56,887 nt of DNA, filler included, from Basidioascus undulatus (GCA_000826855.1; 3 parts of 3 records of this genome joined end to end with filler, not necessarily neighbours in it); one strand, 5' to 3'; positions 12,922-25,832 are shown, counted from the whole stretch's first letter. A program made the numbers and translations. Notes: generated by a model from the sequence alone, not told the origin.

Positions 12922-15900
12922 TCAAAACCTCACCGACAGTCCCAGCATTTTCCTCCCGTCTTCCTCCCATACACCCTCCCGGCCAACATCCCCATTCCGC
13001 GCCTTCATCCTCCTATTATCTCTTGCAGGAAGCACAAACCAAATGACCTGCCACTCGACCTCTTTCCATCCCGCGTGCACGACGTCTACCGCCACCTGCA
13101 CTTCCTCGCCGTCCCCTGCAACCGCGAACGATACCTCGAGCTCCGCATACGCGCCAGATGTGGTGTGCGCGTTCGATTCGCCATCGTCTTCGATGAGAGT
13201 GAAGCGACCGGAGGAAGTGCGATTGTGCGCGGAATGGGGAGGGGGGAAGATGAACGCATAGCGGGAGGACCGACCGTCCCGAATCGTACGCTCGCAAGCG
13301 CCGCCGAGCAGGAGAATACCGCCCGCTCGGACGAGGATCAGAAGCCGCTCGAGAGGAGCATCTATAAAAGATTTTCAAACCCTCAACGTCAGAGCATATG
13401 CAGGCTTGTACTTGAGAAGGACGTACCGAGCTCGACGATCTGCCCATTCCCCTCCATGGGCGCATGCCAGAAGCCCGTGTCCCACTCGCACCACCATGCA
13501 GGCTCTTCTACACCCAGATCGTCCGCCCCTCCGGGAAGGTAGAACTTACGGGACCTCGCGCCCTTGATCGTGACAGGCGCGACGAGTACGTGACTGCCGA
13601 ACAGAAACTCCTCGTCCATGAGCAGCGTCGCGCTGTCGCTGCGTGCATGATGCCACAGCAGCGGGCGGAGAACAGGATGACCTCGACGATGGTATTGCGT
13701 GATGTAGAGGGAGTAGAGAGATGGCGCGAGGCGATAACGGAAGACGAGGATCGAGCGAAGAATCGCCGTTACGGATGGGTACATGAAAAGGGTGGTTGAG
13801 ATTGTTTTCCAGGAGTGCTACCGATGGGAGAAAGAACTGTTCAGAGCACGTGAAGGGTTTGCTATGTAAAGGGCGTACCACTGTGAAACGAGTGTGGAAG
13901 AGCCCTGAATTTACATGCGTCTTCAGTGCCATTGTCGCATGCAGTTGCACGATGAAAGCGAACACACCATGCTGGCACCACCTCACGAGCAACTCGGGCG
14001 ACGGCGAGTGCTGTCCAGCGAAGCCACCCTGTAGTTCGCATTCAGTCAGCGTTCTGTCGGGAAATTTCATCGGTTTATGGGCACTCACAATGTCGTGTCC
14101 CCATAACCCAGGACCGAAAGAGATACCCGTGCTCAAAGTCATGGCGATGCTCGCCCGCAGCGCCTTCCAGCTCGTGGCATTATCGCCGCTCCAGCTCGCT
14201 GCATGTTGCGAGAGACAATTCAGCCATTTAAAGCTTACATGCGAGTCGTGTAAAAACTGACCATGCGCAAATGCTTGACTACCGGGTACAGCGCTCCTGC
14301 TCACGACTACAGGCCTGCGGTCCGGCGCCGCTTCCAGGAGCGCGTCGAAGGTAGCTTTGTTCATCCCGGCGGTCTGAACTGCGCGTCCGACCGCGCCGAC
14401 CCGAGTTGGGCCGCCGCGCCAGCCGAGACGGCCTTCCAGCGTGGCGTGCTGCGCGGGGAAGACGGCTGAGGACCACGGGCCTGACTCCCCGATGTACCCT
14501 TCCTCGGTGTCAAGGAGATAGGAGAACTGTGGACGGAGGGAGAGCGAGCTTCAGTTCCCGTGATACATCATTACAGAGTGCGAAAGAGAGTTATGACCTC
14601 GTTGTTGTCTAAGGGATTCCCAAGCCTGTCAGCTTGCACATTGCGTTCGAAAGAAATTCTGGACCGACCATCCCAGACGCCCGTCACGTTGTTCTCTAAC
14701 AGGCTTTCCCGGATCACCACGCCCCACCAGCTCTGCGCGGCTGCGCTCGAGAAATCTAGAGCGCTTCCGGAGTCGTAGCAGCCGAACCCGCTGCTCCACA
14801 GGTGGTGCTTGGCTTGTCCCTCCGGACCCATGCGCCGAGGATCGCCCTCCGCGTCCGGCGCAGCGCGGACGAAGCCACTGAGAGAGGCGACCTCCTCGTA
14901 AAACGGATGGGAGTCGAGAAGCCAGGCTGTCAAGGGCGATTAACGTATAAAGGCGCCATCAGGAGAAAGGGTCCGGTGCAGCTCAGTGAAGGAAAGAGAC
15001 TGACGCTTGACATTAGCGATGAGCTGCACTCCCAGCTCATTTTCGAGGGTGCGTCCGAACTGCTTCGGCGAGGGATAGCGCTGGTGGTCCATCAGTGAAT
15101 GTCAGCGTGATAACCCAATCGGCTGTAGACAATGTTCAACACACAGCCGTATTCCAAATCCAGTATTCCCTGTTGCCCGTCTCCTCGTTCTGGCACCAAC
15201 CCGAGCTCAGGTAGAGCGCGTCGATGGGGAATCCTTCCTCCCTGTTGCGCCGTACGAACTCGACAATGCTGTTCGCAGCATTTTTCTCTTCCGCAAGCCT
15301 GCCCGGTTTACCGTCCTAAGCGCATGCGATATAAATTACCATCCATAAGGAATAGCTCACGCAAGGCTGGATGCGAGATATCCGAACTGCGAAAGCGGCG
15401 GCAAGACGGCCGACGCGGAGATAGGGTGAGGCAGCGTTGGCGTGGGAGAAGTGAGGGCGGCGTAGGATGTGAGGACATCCGGGAGGGTTGGACCCAGTAT
15501 GAGATAGTAGTCGAGCTGGTGAATACAGAAGGGAACAAATGTTAAGCAAACTGCGGACGGAGGAGTGCAGTGCGGTAGCAAAGAGGCACCGGTCCCGATG
15601 AAGCGCAGTATGTTCTGAAAGACCCCCATATGACGTCCACCTCCGCCCCAAAGTCGAACGTGGTGTCGGTAAGATTGTTGTCTGCGTTGACGGTCGCTCT
15701 CCGTCAGCCGGTGGAGTAACGCCAGAACGATGCGACATAAGCAGTGAACGGGCGCACAATACATCCCGTACCACAGATCGCTCGACTTTTTGTAGACCGT
15801 ATAAAAGGGGGTAACCTGAATAATACATTACTGCCGTGTCAGAGGGCAATCCTCCTCGCTCTGATTAAAGCTCACATACCTTGTACAGAGGTGCACCGCC

Positions 15901-16782
15901 GTCGAAACCATATGCAAGCGAATCACGAGCCTCGAGCTTGTAGGATTTGCCATTCTGTCCAGAGGATAGTATTAATCACCATGGGCTGGAGAAGCACAGA
16001 GGCAAACGTATAGACGCACCTTGCAAAGCGGACCGGCAGTCTCGCCTAGACCGTAGACATACTCGTCTCGCTCAGCAGGCACACCGTAGACAGGCGCAGA
16101 CGGGTCCTCGTCTCTGGTTTAGACCGATATTAGTTTACCACGCTAATCTCTGAGCACAAGGAGGGCAGTTACGTACTCGTGCAGTGGCTGCACACCCAAA
16201 CAGCATCAGTGAGCGCCGCGTTGACAGGTTGTATGACAGAACTGGGCTCACAAGGTACATCTCCCTCTTGGTGTAGTGCCACACGCTGCCGCTTTCGTTG
16301 TCGTAGGCATACGCCCTCATTTTGATGTCGCTCGCAAAAGGCGTCCGGTCCGCGACGCTGCTGCCCTCGTCGACGATTGTCGTAGCGGTCACCGCCGGGC
16401 CAATGGCATCGTTCGCAGTCTCGAGCGTGTCACCCGTGTCACCCTCGTCGGGCCCACCGGTCAAGCGCTCCTCGTAATACCACTCAAGCTTGGGTGAGTC
16501 GGACCAGCTCACGCGGACGCGGAGGGGCCCAGTGCGAATATCCGCCGCGGTACCGGGCGGTAGAACATTGAGAGTCGGGACGAAGGTCGCGTCAGGAGTC
16601 TCGTATACGATGGGACGGGTGGTTCGAGGAGACGATGTAGGCAGAGAATGGGTAATACGGACGACGTTTGGAGAAATGGGGTGGACACAGAACGTGTGGG
16701 ATGAGGGGTTCGTAAGTGTGAGGAGAGGCCTGTTCGCGGAGTGTAGATCGATTTTGAAGTTATGGGGTGTAAGCTGACGCAT
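12922..16782 (-). CDS. Glycoside hydrolase family 31, no signal peptide (probably intracellular)
   Basis: YGLGETAGPL, PLYK, LDYYLILGP, FPIDALYLSSGW, spliced nucleophile motif GVWDDNNE, RPVVVSRS, acid/base WSGDN, GHDIGGFAG, ELLVRWCQ, EFLFGSHVLVAPV, LIEDDGES; stop TGA at 12922-12924. Confidence 0.92.
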
Positions 16783-18168
16783 TGCGCCCGATCGAGGGAA
16801 TAAGTAAATGGAAACGACAGAACGGTAGAAGGAGATGAAAAGCGAGATTAAAAGAGAGATGAAAGACGTGGATCAGCGATCTCCAGCTTGTGCGTCAGCG
16901 CGTCCGCGCCGATCGTTGGGCTGAGACTGGTGCAGTTTCTCCATTCCCTTCGGACCCGGAGGGGCCGAAAGCGTACTATCTGTGCAAGGGAGAGAGAATC
17001 AGTATATAAGAAGCGCTGTTGACGGCACGATGGCTCCTCGGCAGGCACGAGTGGCTGAGGGCGAACAGCCTGCTCGGATCTCGGGCCGAGCCAGCTTGCT
17101 CCTTCTGTAGCCTTGCTGCACATTTGCTGCATAACCATGAAAAACTTTAAAGAATGTATGGAATAGGTTAGTACTAAAGGAAGTCGATCAAGAGTAAGAA
17201 CAGCCATTGAGGAAGCGGGAGAGTTGCCGCCCGGGTGCATGCTGTGCCAGCCTATAAGGGTCTGGGGCGGACGTGCATGCAGCCAGGTGTCCTTCCACCG
17301 TCTTGGCTGACTGAAACAATCAGCTTGTAACAGTCGAGAATGAAAGCTAGAGTTCCTTTACCTCGAGCAGAGGCGATGTGAATATACCATTCTGCTGCTC
17401 TCACTACGCCACCCCAAGAGTGCTTGTTACCTGAACATTTATGCCCATTCCAGTGTCGAGGCGAGCTCCCAAAGCGCGAGTTCCACAATCCACGCCTGAT
17501 GCGACACATTTGTTTTTGCTCAATGGTGCCAATATTGTTCCATGAAGGAGATAATTTTCTACGTCTCTTGTTCGTTATCTTTGAAGTTAGGAGCTAGGAT
17601 CAAGTGAGGCTGAAATGAGAGGCGCAAGACATTGCTGATGCGCTCCGTGCGGGGCAAGGTCCAAAGAAGAATGACAGCATCTGCGCATGTCTAGATTGTT
17701 TTTCTAGGTCCACCATTTATGCACTAGACCTGTGGTCAAATTCCTCCAAGGACCATTGTGTTCCGAATTTCAAGTGTGTTCCGAGCTCCCTGTGTTGTGG
17801 ACAGCTCTCTGCTGGCGGCTGTGACGGCTACCAAGACGTTCATTTGCAGGACCCATATCGCCACCGCACCATGAAATGACTGCATTTCCATATTTAGCGC
17901 TCCCTTTGTACCGTTGTACACGTGTGCCCTGCCCGTATAACGGCCCGTCGCGTTTCCTGGGACCAGCATGGGACACCATGAAGCGGACCGGCTCAGAGGA
18001 TCAGAAGGCCATCTTTCGCCGCAATGTGTCATTTACTCAGAATAATAAGAAGGCACCTCCTCGAATGTTACCGATTCCCTACCCCAGCTTGGTGCTGTAG
18101 CGCCGGTCCGACGAAGTTTTCCACCCCACCAAAGTTACTACGAAGCGACACCCATCCCATTCTTCTCC

Positions 18169-18962
18169 ATGCTTTCTCGTTATGAAGATGCTACCCACGA
18201 CAACAAGGGCAAAGATCAGCATTTCGAGGATGTTCAGTCTCCCGGCCCCGCGGAACCCAGCCGTTTCGGTCATCACCAGGACGAAGCGCTGGCCGTGCTG
18301 GCCGCATCCTCTAAAGGAGTAGAGGTCTCAGCGCAGGAGAACAAGCTAGTCCTGAGGAGGTGAGCATTTTAAATACCCAAGGGCTGAACTGCGCCGAAAG
18401 GAATTTCGGCAGGATTGACATGCATCTCATGCCTATGGCAAGTGCTACGCCACTTGCTCCCTACTCCCTCCAACGGCGTTTGGGAAACGGACTGACCTCT
18501 TCAACGGAACCCTCAGCTTGTCGTCGTATATTTTTTGCAATTTCTTGGTACCTCCTTTCCCTAATGCTGTCTTACGGCCGCCGACCTCACACTTGTTGCG
18601 CACCCAGACAAGCAAACTCTCGCCTTCTCGTCCGTGTTCGGGATCGAGGTGAGCGCTGTGTTGCAAAAGCATGTCCAGCGAGTTTTTTTTTTTGATATAT
18701 TCAACCCACATTTAGGAGGACACTCACCTCGTCGGGACCCAGTACTCTTAGTTAAACTCCAGTAGGTGCTTGGACGCAGTGCAGATCAAAACGTGAAACT
18801 GATTGCCTGCTTTGATGCAGTCCTCTACCTGGTAGACGTTCACCTATGTGCGGACTGCTTTGAGTCAGAAACTGAATTGATGTCCTCCTCCTCAGGCCCA
18901 GCTTGGCTGGCAACCGGCGTCTTCCTACCTGCTTCTCCGTCTTCCTCGGATGTATCGTCACG
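18169..18962 (+). pseudogene. Dal5-like allantoate-permease MFS 5' fragment with in-frame TAG; runs into the contig end
   Basis: Spliced ENKLVLRRIDMHLMPM|LVVVYFLQFLDKQTLAFSSVFGIE|EDTHLVGTQYS*LNS..LYLAQLGWQPASSYLLLRLP. TAG at 18749-18751 sits where the family normally has Trp (QYSWL). Confidence 0.8.
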
Positions 18963-19062
18963 NNNNNNNNNNNNNNNNNNNNNNNNNNNNNNNNNNNNNN
19001 NNNNNNTTAATTAATTAANNNNNNNNNNNNNNNNNNNNNNNNNNNNNNNNNNNNNNNNNNNN
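18963..19062. other. Artificial contig spacer
   Basis: N44-TTAATTAATTAA-N44, a six-frame stop linker, exactly 100 nt. Confidence 0.98.
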
Positions 19063-20100
19063 TCGAAGGTCTTTCCAGAGGCACACTATTATGGACCTCT
19101 CCTGCGACGGATAATGAAGAGTTTTCTGGCCTGTTTTGGGCTATATTTTGCTCCATAGTAAGTTCCGATGCAACTGCTTGACAAAGGTAATCGGCGTGAA
19201 TCTCGATGTAAGTCAGCGACGGACAGAGCTGGACAGCTTCAACGACCGCCAATTCGTCTCCGGGCCCGCCGCCGATCTCGAGAACGGACAGTTGACCACC
19301 GTAATGCTTGAAAAACTGACAAAGGACTTGGCTCAAGAACGGTCAGTCTACGTGCAGCAACAAATTTGACATGCGAGGAAGAGCGAGCTCAGCCGTTGGT
19401 CCGCGTCCAGGGAAGTCAGCTCCCGGCCCAGGGAAACCTGGTCGACATTGGTAAGTCGGATCAAGGGTATGTCCTCCATGTTCTCCAACTGGAATAAGCT
19501 GTCGATAGAGAGGAACTCGAGGTTTTCGAAATGGGTGAGGCACGGAAGCCCGCCTCGGGCGCCGATCCCGGAAAGGTCGGCTGTGATCAAGAGGTCACTC
19601 AGAGTGGAGGAGCAGAACGACGCCAGCAACTGAAGGGTCTGAGGCCCACAAAAGATTCCCCATATGAGGGTCCCCGGTCCACGGATCAAGCAATGTTCGA
19701 GCTTGGGCGTGAGCGCGATGATGGAGGGGAAAAGGGAGGACTCGACAAGGAAGTTCGATTGAGACTGTTTAGACGATGGCCAAACCCGCAGTGTTCGGAC
19801 ACACTCTCCGCAGAGATCCGCGCTGTTTGGCCGTCAAGAGCCCATTGTAACAGCCCGCGATGGCAGGGAAAGTGGAGAGGATGAGTGCCGAGAAAAACGC
19901 GCCGTCCAGCGTGCTGATCACGACTATCAGCCCACATTGTTCAAACAACCTTTCCCGAAATCTACTTACCGCAAATTGTCTACAAATGAGAGTCAAGTTC
20001 ATCCTGTCGGTCGCGTCTTCTTGTCCCAACCCTCAGCAGCTAGCTCGAAAATGCGATCTATGACCTCGGCCGGAAGCGACAGTAGGCGACTCTCGGACAT
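19063..20100 (-). pseudogene. F-box/LRR-type protein relic
   Basis: MSESRLLSLPAEVIDRIFELA, then LTLICRQF..RERLFE in another frame. Downstream Leu-rich repeats (FENLEFLSI, CPSLTYIEI) are broken by stops and frameshifts. Confidence 0.65.
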
Positions 20101-21916
20101 GATTATGCCGCGAACATGTAATCGATGGAAAAGGACATGAGAAGTGGAGAATGGACAGCTGAATGGTTTGAGGAAGATGGTCGTGCAGACCGTGGAGCGA
20201 AGAAGGGAACGGCGCTTTATAAAGAGGGAGTGCATCTCATGCAACGATAACGCAAAGTTACTCACTACTGTGGTTCGCATCCAGAATTCTGTGATGGCTT
20301 TCCAGGATTAGAAGAAAGCCTCTACCGTATGCACAGAAAATCCATGAGAACGGGACAGATTGTATAGCCACCTACTCAGTCTTGGCAACCGCACCTTCGC
20401 TGTTTGGCTTGAGCAAACAACGAGCGCGTTCGCCCTCAAGATTTCGCCCTAAAAGTTACTTTTAATCTCGAGCCTTTTCAAGGGCACACATATGGAGATG
20501 AATAGAGGTCTCAGTGGTTGAAGCCTTGCAGTTGCGTTCGAGGGATAGCATGTCTTCATGGGAATTGAAGCAACTGCATCCGCGCAGACGTCGGTCGCGT
20601 CTGTAAAGTACTTGTCGTTCAGGAGACATAATCGGGAGAGCGCTCTGCGTGAATACTGAACAGAAAGTTGCACTACCTATTATCGGTCGCTATAATGGCC
20701 CAAACCTTAGCATTTGGGGGTCGGCAAAGCGGTCACCGCAGTCACCAGAAACTGACTCGCTTGTCTGCATAGTCTGAATGCTGGTATAAGGATTGAGTTT
20801 ATTCCACTGCATTCTTTTACTGCACAACTAGGTCGACACCGCGCTGAATGACAAGAAAACGATGTATGAGTCCACTTGTGTAAGGAATGGCTGCAACGGC
20901 GAGCGGGTCTCACGACGGTCTTAAAGAGCTGCCTTTGATATGGATGGGACTTGGACTCTGACTCGTGAGTTGAAGACTGAGGAAAGAGAAGTGGGGTTAT
21001 GACGGGTGGGAGGTCAGCAGCTTTCGGAGTGTCGCTGGATTCCGATCTATGACTCAAGGGTGAACACGAAATTTAGGGTGCTTCAGATACTTGACGCTGT
21101 TGAACAGGTAACTTTTGTGCTGTGCGTTAACAGAACAGCGTATCCGCGGGGACGGCGAACGGGCCTCACACGCAATGCGCCGGCGCAACGGTTCTTGCAC
21201 AGTTGACCACCCACCGTGACCGCCAACAGTTTACTCTTCGTACCACGATGCCAGGCCTAGTTGACCTTGGTGACATTTTTTATACGCCGCCATGGTTGAC
21301 TCCAGCCGGAAATGCACTGTTTGTATTAGAACGCAGCCTCTCGTGTAGCCTCGAGGCATCTCATTGGGTTTGGGGCGGTACCGGCGTCGGTACCGCGCTA
21401 ACGCTGCATGCCACGCACCTTCTTGCTCCAACTGCTCCAACTGCGGCCCATGTACTTTCTTTACTTCGACCGTGGCGGTCTTCGTCATCGTACTTAAAAC
21501 TTGAAATTAGATGTGGTTCGGCAGGTAGAGGCGTGTAGAAAAGCAAGTCTTCAAAATAAACACCTCCTGCAATGTGGCTCGTAGTTCAGGGTGTTTTGCT
21601 ATTTTCCAATGCGCATCTCCGCCGATTGCGTGCAGCTTTCGCTCGCCGCAGTGGTTGACGTCGGTGTGGCCCCGCAGAACTAGTACCTAGATAAATTATA
21701 GAAGTTACTTTCGAGAGGGTACGTAAAGAGGGCGTCGCGCGTCTGCTGTTTTTCGACTTGCTCTCCATCCACCATCTTGGCCTTTCGCATACCCTCTCCT
21801 CCTTCCTTCCTGTTCTTTAACAACGGCCGGACCGTTCGACTTCAACAACTTTCTTCTTCTATAACCCCCAACTGAGGACACGTCCATCCGACAACTTCGT
21901 TCACGGCAATCTCACG

Positions 21917-24053
21917 ATGCTGGCCTTCCCTACTCGCTCTGCGCTGGTCGCTGTCACGGCGCTCGTCCTTCCTTCCCTCGTCAACGCGCATGGTCTCGTG
22001 TACAGTACGTCCCTGTTGCTGAAAACTCGACAAAAGCGCTCAAAGATGGAGGATCGCCCAGCCATGACCACGTCCAGCGGCAACACTTACAACGGGGTTA
22101 CCGTCAACCAGCACAAGGACGACTCTCCCGTCTGGACAGAGACGTCCAACGGTCCGGTCAGCTCGGTCACGAACGCCGATCTTTTCTGCGGTGCGGGCGC
22201 GACCGCAAACCCATCGTACGGAACAGTGTGAGTCGCGCATTGGTCTTTCGCTCGGCCAGGTTGAGATCGCGGTTGACTGTTTTGCGGCGATTGCAGTGCG
22301 GCGGGCGAAAGCATCGATGTGACTTGGCATTCAGGATACTCCTTCCCTGGCTCTGCGTAAGCTCAGTTTTATTCCTTCTGGGAGGACCGCCGCAGCGGCT
22401 GACTTGCGCCCCGTCTAAAATCGGAAAGCTGGCCGCATTATGTATGTTGAACGATGGTATCCTGTGGGAGGGTATTTGTTCACGGGAAGTTTCACAGGTT
22501 GGACCGATCATGACCTACATGGCCAAGTGCGACGACGACTGCACAGCTCTCACTGCCGACACCGCCAACTTCTTCCTGATTTCCGAGCTGAGCGGAGACC
22601 CTGCGACCAACACGTGGTCCCAGCGCAAGCTATGTAAGTTGCTGCCAATGACGGAGGGTTGATGAGTTTCGAATCACTGCTTACCCCGTATCGGCAGCCC
22701 AAGACCAGCCGGTCAGCTTCACTATCCCGTCCGAGCTCGCAGCTGGCAACTACCTGATCCGGGTACGTTCGAGGTCATCCAGCCCTACAGTTTAAGCATG
22801 CTGACCCCGTCTCAATAACAGCACGAAATCATTGCGGTTCGTTACAGTTTCACTGTCCTTCACCCTGGCCTCTGTGCTGAACCCATTGTGATGCTTGACT
22901 CCTGCAGTTGCACAGCAGTCCCGCCGAGTTCTGTAAGCATGACAGTTTCCAGACGCTCCAGAAACTTAACTCACCGAGCACCGATACAGACCCATCCTGC
23001 AGTAACTGGAGGGTGACTGGTGGCGGGTCGCTCTCGCCTACCGAGACGGTCAAATTCCCAGAAGGCTGTACGTCCACGCACCCTGCTCCACAGCGGCTGC
23101 TAATATTCCGAGAACAGACTCTGCCAACGCTCCTGGTCTTACTGCTGTATGTTCCGGAGCATCCCTTTGAAGTGCTCTCGCTGACGGTTCACTTCCTCTC
23201 GAATAGACCGGACCTAGCGTCGCCGGGTACCAGTTCCCTATCGATCTGCCGTGAGTTCCGTCTTTTATTGCAGTTCCCAGGATGTATGCGCATGCTAAAC
23301 AGCCTACTCCCAGGGTTATCGGTGATTCTGGCTCCGGTGGGAGCTCGACCCCGAGCAGCAGCAGCGTTGCGGCCACCACCTCGTCCTCCGCCACCAGCAC
23401 TTGGTCGATATCCAGCACCTGGTCGCCGACTTCGAGAACGAGCATACGGTCCCCGACCTCCAGCCTGTCTCCCTCGAGCACCCCTTCGCCCGACTGGAGC
23501 AGCACATGGACGTCGGACCCCAGCGCGACGCCGACGACGACCACCCCGGCGGACGTTACTTCGTCGGCCGGCTCGGTCGTCCCTTCGATTACCTCTTCCA
23601 CTTTGGAGTCGTCTTCGTCGGCTGCCGAGGCCAGCTCGTCTGCTGCCGCGACCGCCACTGCGAGCACAACCACCACGACCAACGCTGCATCGACCCCAAC
23701 TCCGGTCGATGTCGACGCTTGCAACGCGGCGCGGACGTGTGCGTAATCACTTCAACATTCTGAGAGGCTAATTTTTTGTTCATCTTGCTGACAATATCGC
23801 GCACGCCTTGTTCCGATGTACAGCGTGCAACCAGGCCTGGGTGCCCGGGACGCCTTACAACTGTCAGACACAATTCGTGGCCTGCAGTACGTCTTCCGTC
23901 TTCCTTTTTCCGACCCCCCCCCTTTCCCTCTCGCCTTTCCATCTACCTGAGAGCTTATTTTGCGGCCTCTTCTCTCCCATAGTCGGCAACGGTTGGACCG
24001 CCCGCCGAGCCCTCCGCGACATCCGTCGCCGTCGGCGCAACATCCAGTTCTGA
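21917..24053 (+). CDS. AA9 lytic polysaccharide monooxygenase with Ser/Thr linker and C-terminal Cys-rich module
   Basis: Signal peptide ending VNA|H gives the N-terminal His; NGPV..DLFC; spliced WPHYVGPIMTYMAKC (second His); FTIPSELAAGNYLIRHEIIALH..AEFYPSC (axial Tyr); long S/T/P linker. Confidence 0.93.
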
Positions 24054-24815
24054 GCGAGCTTAGCATTATTTCAACTTCTTTTTCGCTCTGGAAGCGAACT
24101 CTTTGAATTCCTTAACGTTATTGGCCCAACCTATCCCTATCGTTCATTGCCTGTACGCGCCTTGGAGTCGTAGTGCGGCATCCATGACCTGAATACCGTC
24201 TTAGAACAGGGTAGCAATGTGCCTTGTCTGCATGTTTCGAAGGTAGAAGTGCAATATCGACTCAGTACCTATGGTAAATGTGACAATCCCAAAACTGGCT
24301 GGGCTGGGGCGCGTCGTTCGCTGAAGCGAAGGCCTCGTTGCGCAATTTTTCATTGGTTCTCGAACATTTCTCTTTAACCTCTCGGACTGTAGCGGAAGTC
24401 GGTTGTTGCATCCAGTGATACAAAGTGCTACTTCTGTAGGCTACATTGGCGTGATCCGAGCACGTCGCTAAGAGAAGTTGTTGGCACGGTGCCTCGACTG
24501 GATGCAGTCTGCAGATGAACACCAAGCGCCGACTAAATCAGTTGTGTATGTTTGACCTCAAAAGAGGCAATCTCACAATATAAAAACCTTCTGAACCTTT
24601 GCGATAGGAGCAGCATAAAAGCCAGCCTGGCGTGTATGCCGCACGGTGCAGCAAGATCGAGCTAGTTCGGCGAGCTGATTGAATAACCGTTGAGCGCTGT
24701 GGCCGTCCGCGGCTGCCGTTAAATGAACACGTGAAAAGGCCTGAGTTCTCCGCCTTTCAAAAGGCCCTACAGCCGTTCATTACAGCAACCACTCCCCACA
24801 CCCCCTACTCACACC

Positions 24816-25832
24816 ATGCGCCTTCTCCACGTCTTTCTGCCCTCCTCCTCTTCGCTGCCGCGGGCTCGGCCACCAGCTTCGAAGGCTGGGTCAGGGCGAT
24901 TCACCGTGGTAGGGATCGAGCGCAACCGACGCACCTCTGAGCCCTGCGTCTTCAAGGCCGGCTCGGAGATTGGTATCAATTCCGGTCGAGTACTGTGCCA
25001 GTACGATCTATTACAACTTTTCCACGCCTGTGACATTCTAATTTATAATTGCAACTTTACAACAGGTCCAGTGTGACCTGTGACAGATACAATTGCGAGT
25101 GGGGCGCTGCTGCCGGAGGGGAAGTTGCGCAGGCTGCCTGGCTCTGCAGGAGACCCAGCAATGTCAGCTCTGAGGTTGACATTGAACATGGGAAATATGG
25201 CTGTATTAACGGTTGGAAGTCATTTTGTTGTGCACACATATCGTGTGTATGCTATGTTAGCCAGTGCTTCAGTACCTCGTCACAGTGCTTTCAAGTTCCA
25301 GCTCACGATTTACAACTGTCCTCCTGTGACGCGTGACATTTACAACACAACCGCCCAGTGTGACGGTGCCAGTTGTGCTAGATCGTAGTGGTACAGTAAG
25401 TGGCTGTGCCTTATGGCCCGTGTTCATGCGATTGCCCATCTGAAGGGGTCAACGGGATGGTTCCGCCCTGCCAGATACCACTTCGCAGACTGGAAGGGTG
25501 CGCACGAGTATCAATAGCGGCGAGAAGGATGTCGAGTACGGAAAGATCGAGGACCGCAACCTCTGCGGGGTTCAGGATGCGGCGTGCCCCCTCGAGGAAT
25601 TCAAGGAGGCGAACAACGACGACGCTTCGACCGCGTTCGATGTGGTTCTTCCCAGCGACGCCCCGGACGTATGTGCCCTTATTCGAACCTACTTCATTGT
25701 CTTGGTGCAGACTCTCGGTTCGTTGCATGAACGAAGATGGACACCCAGTAGAAGTGGGAGGTGGTTGGCCACGAGGACGTCGTGCTCGCCTGCTTCACCC
25801 TTCCGTTTCAGACTACGTCGGCCTGAGACTTT
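24816..25832 (+). pseudogene. Degenerate secreted Cys-rich protein relic
   Basis: Signal-peptide-like start split by a frameshift (MRLLHVF / SALLLFAAAGSA); Cys-rich pieces (GKYGCINGWKSFCC, CYVSQC) scattered over frames with stops. Confidence 0.4.

Noticed and set aside
12922..16782. GH31 as a sulfoquinovosidase working with the monooxygenase/TauD
   Set aside because: Sulfoquinovosidases carry a WMADFGE-type nucleophile motif, whereas this one has WDDNNE. The TauD relic is on a different contig.
17736..18032. SDR-like YNGTKGALN motif in a short minus-strand ORF
   Set aside because: Only a YxxxK match, with no Rossmann motif or convincing flanking exons.
19007..19018. TTAATTAATTAA as a piggyBac target or biological repeat
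   Set aside because: It is centred in exactly 44+44 Ns and occurs twice identically, so it is a synthetic linker.
21375..21396. 9-bp hairpin GCGGTACCG-GCGT-CGGTACCGC, and palindrome CCGGTCGACCGG near 31758
   Set aside because: Isolated short palindromes are plausible by chance in GC-rich DNA, with no Helitron or ncRNA context seen.
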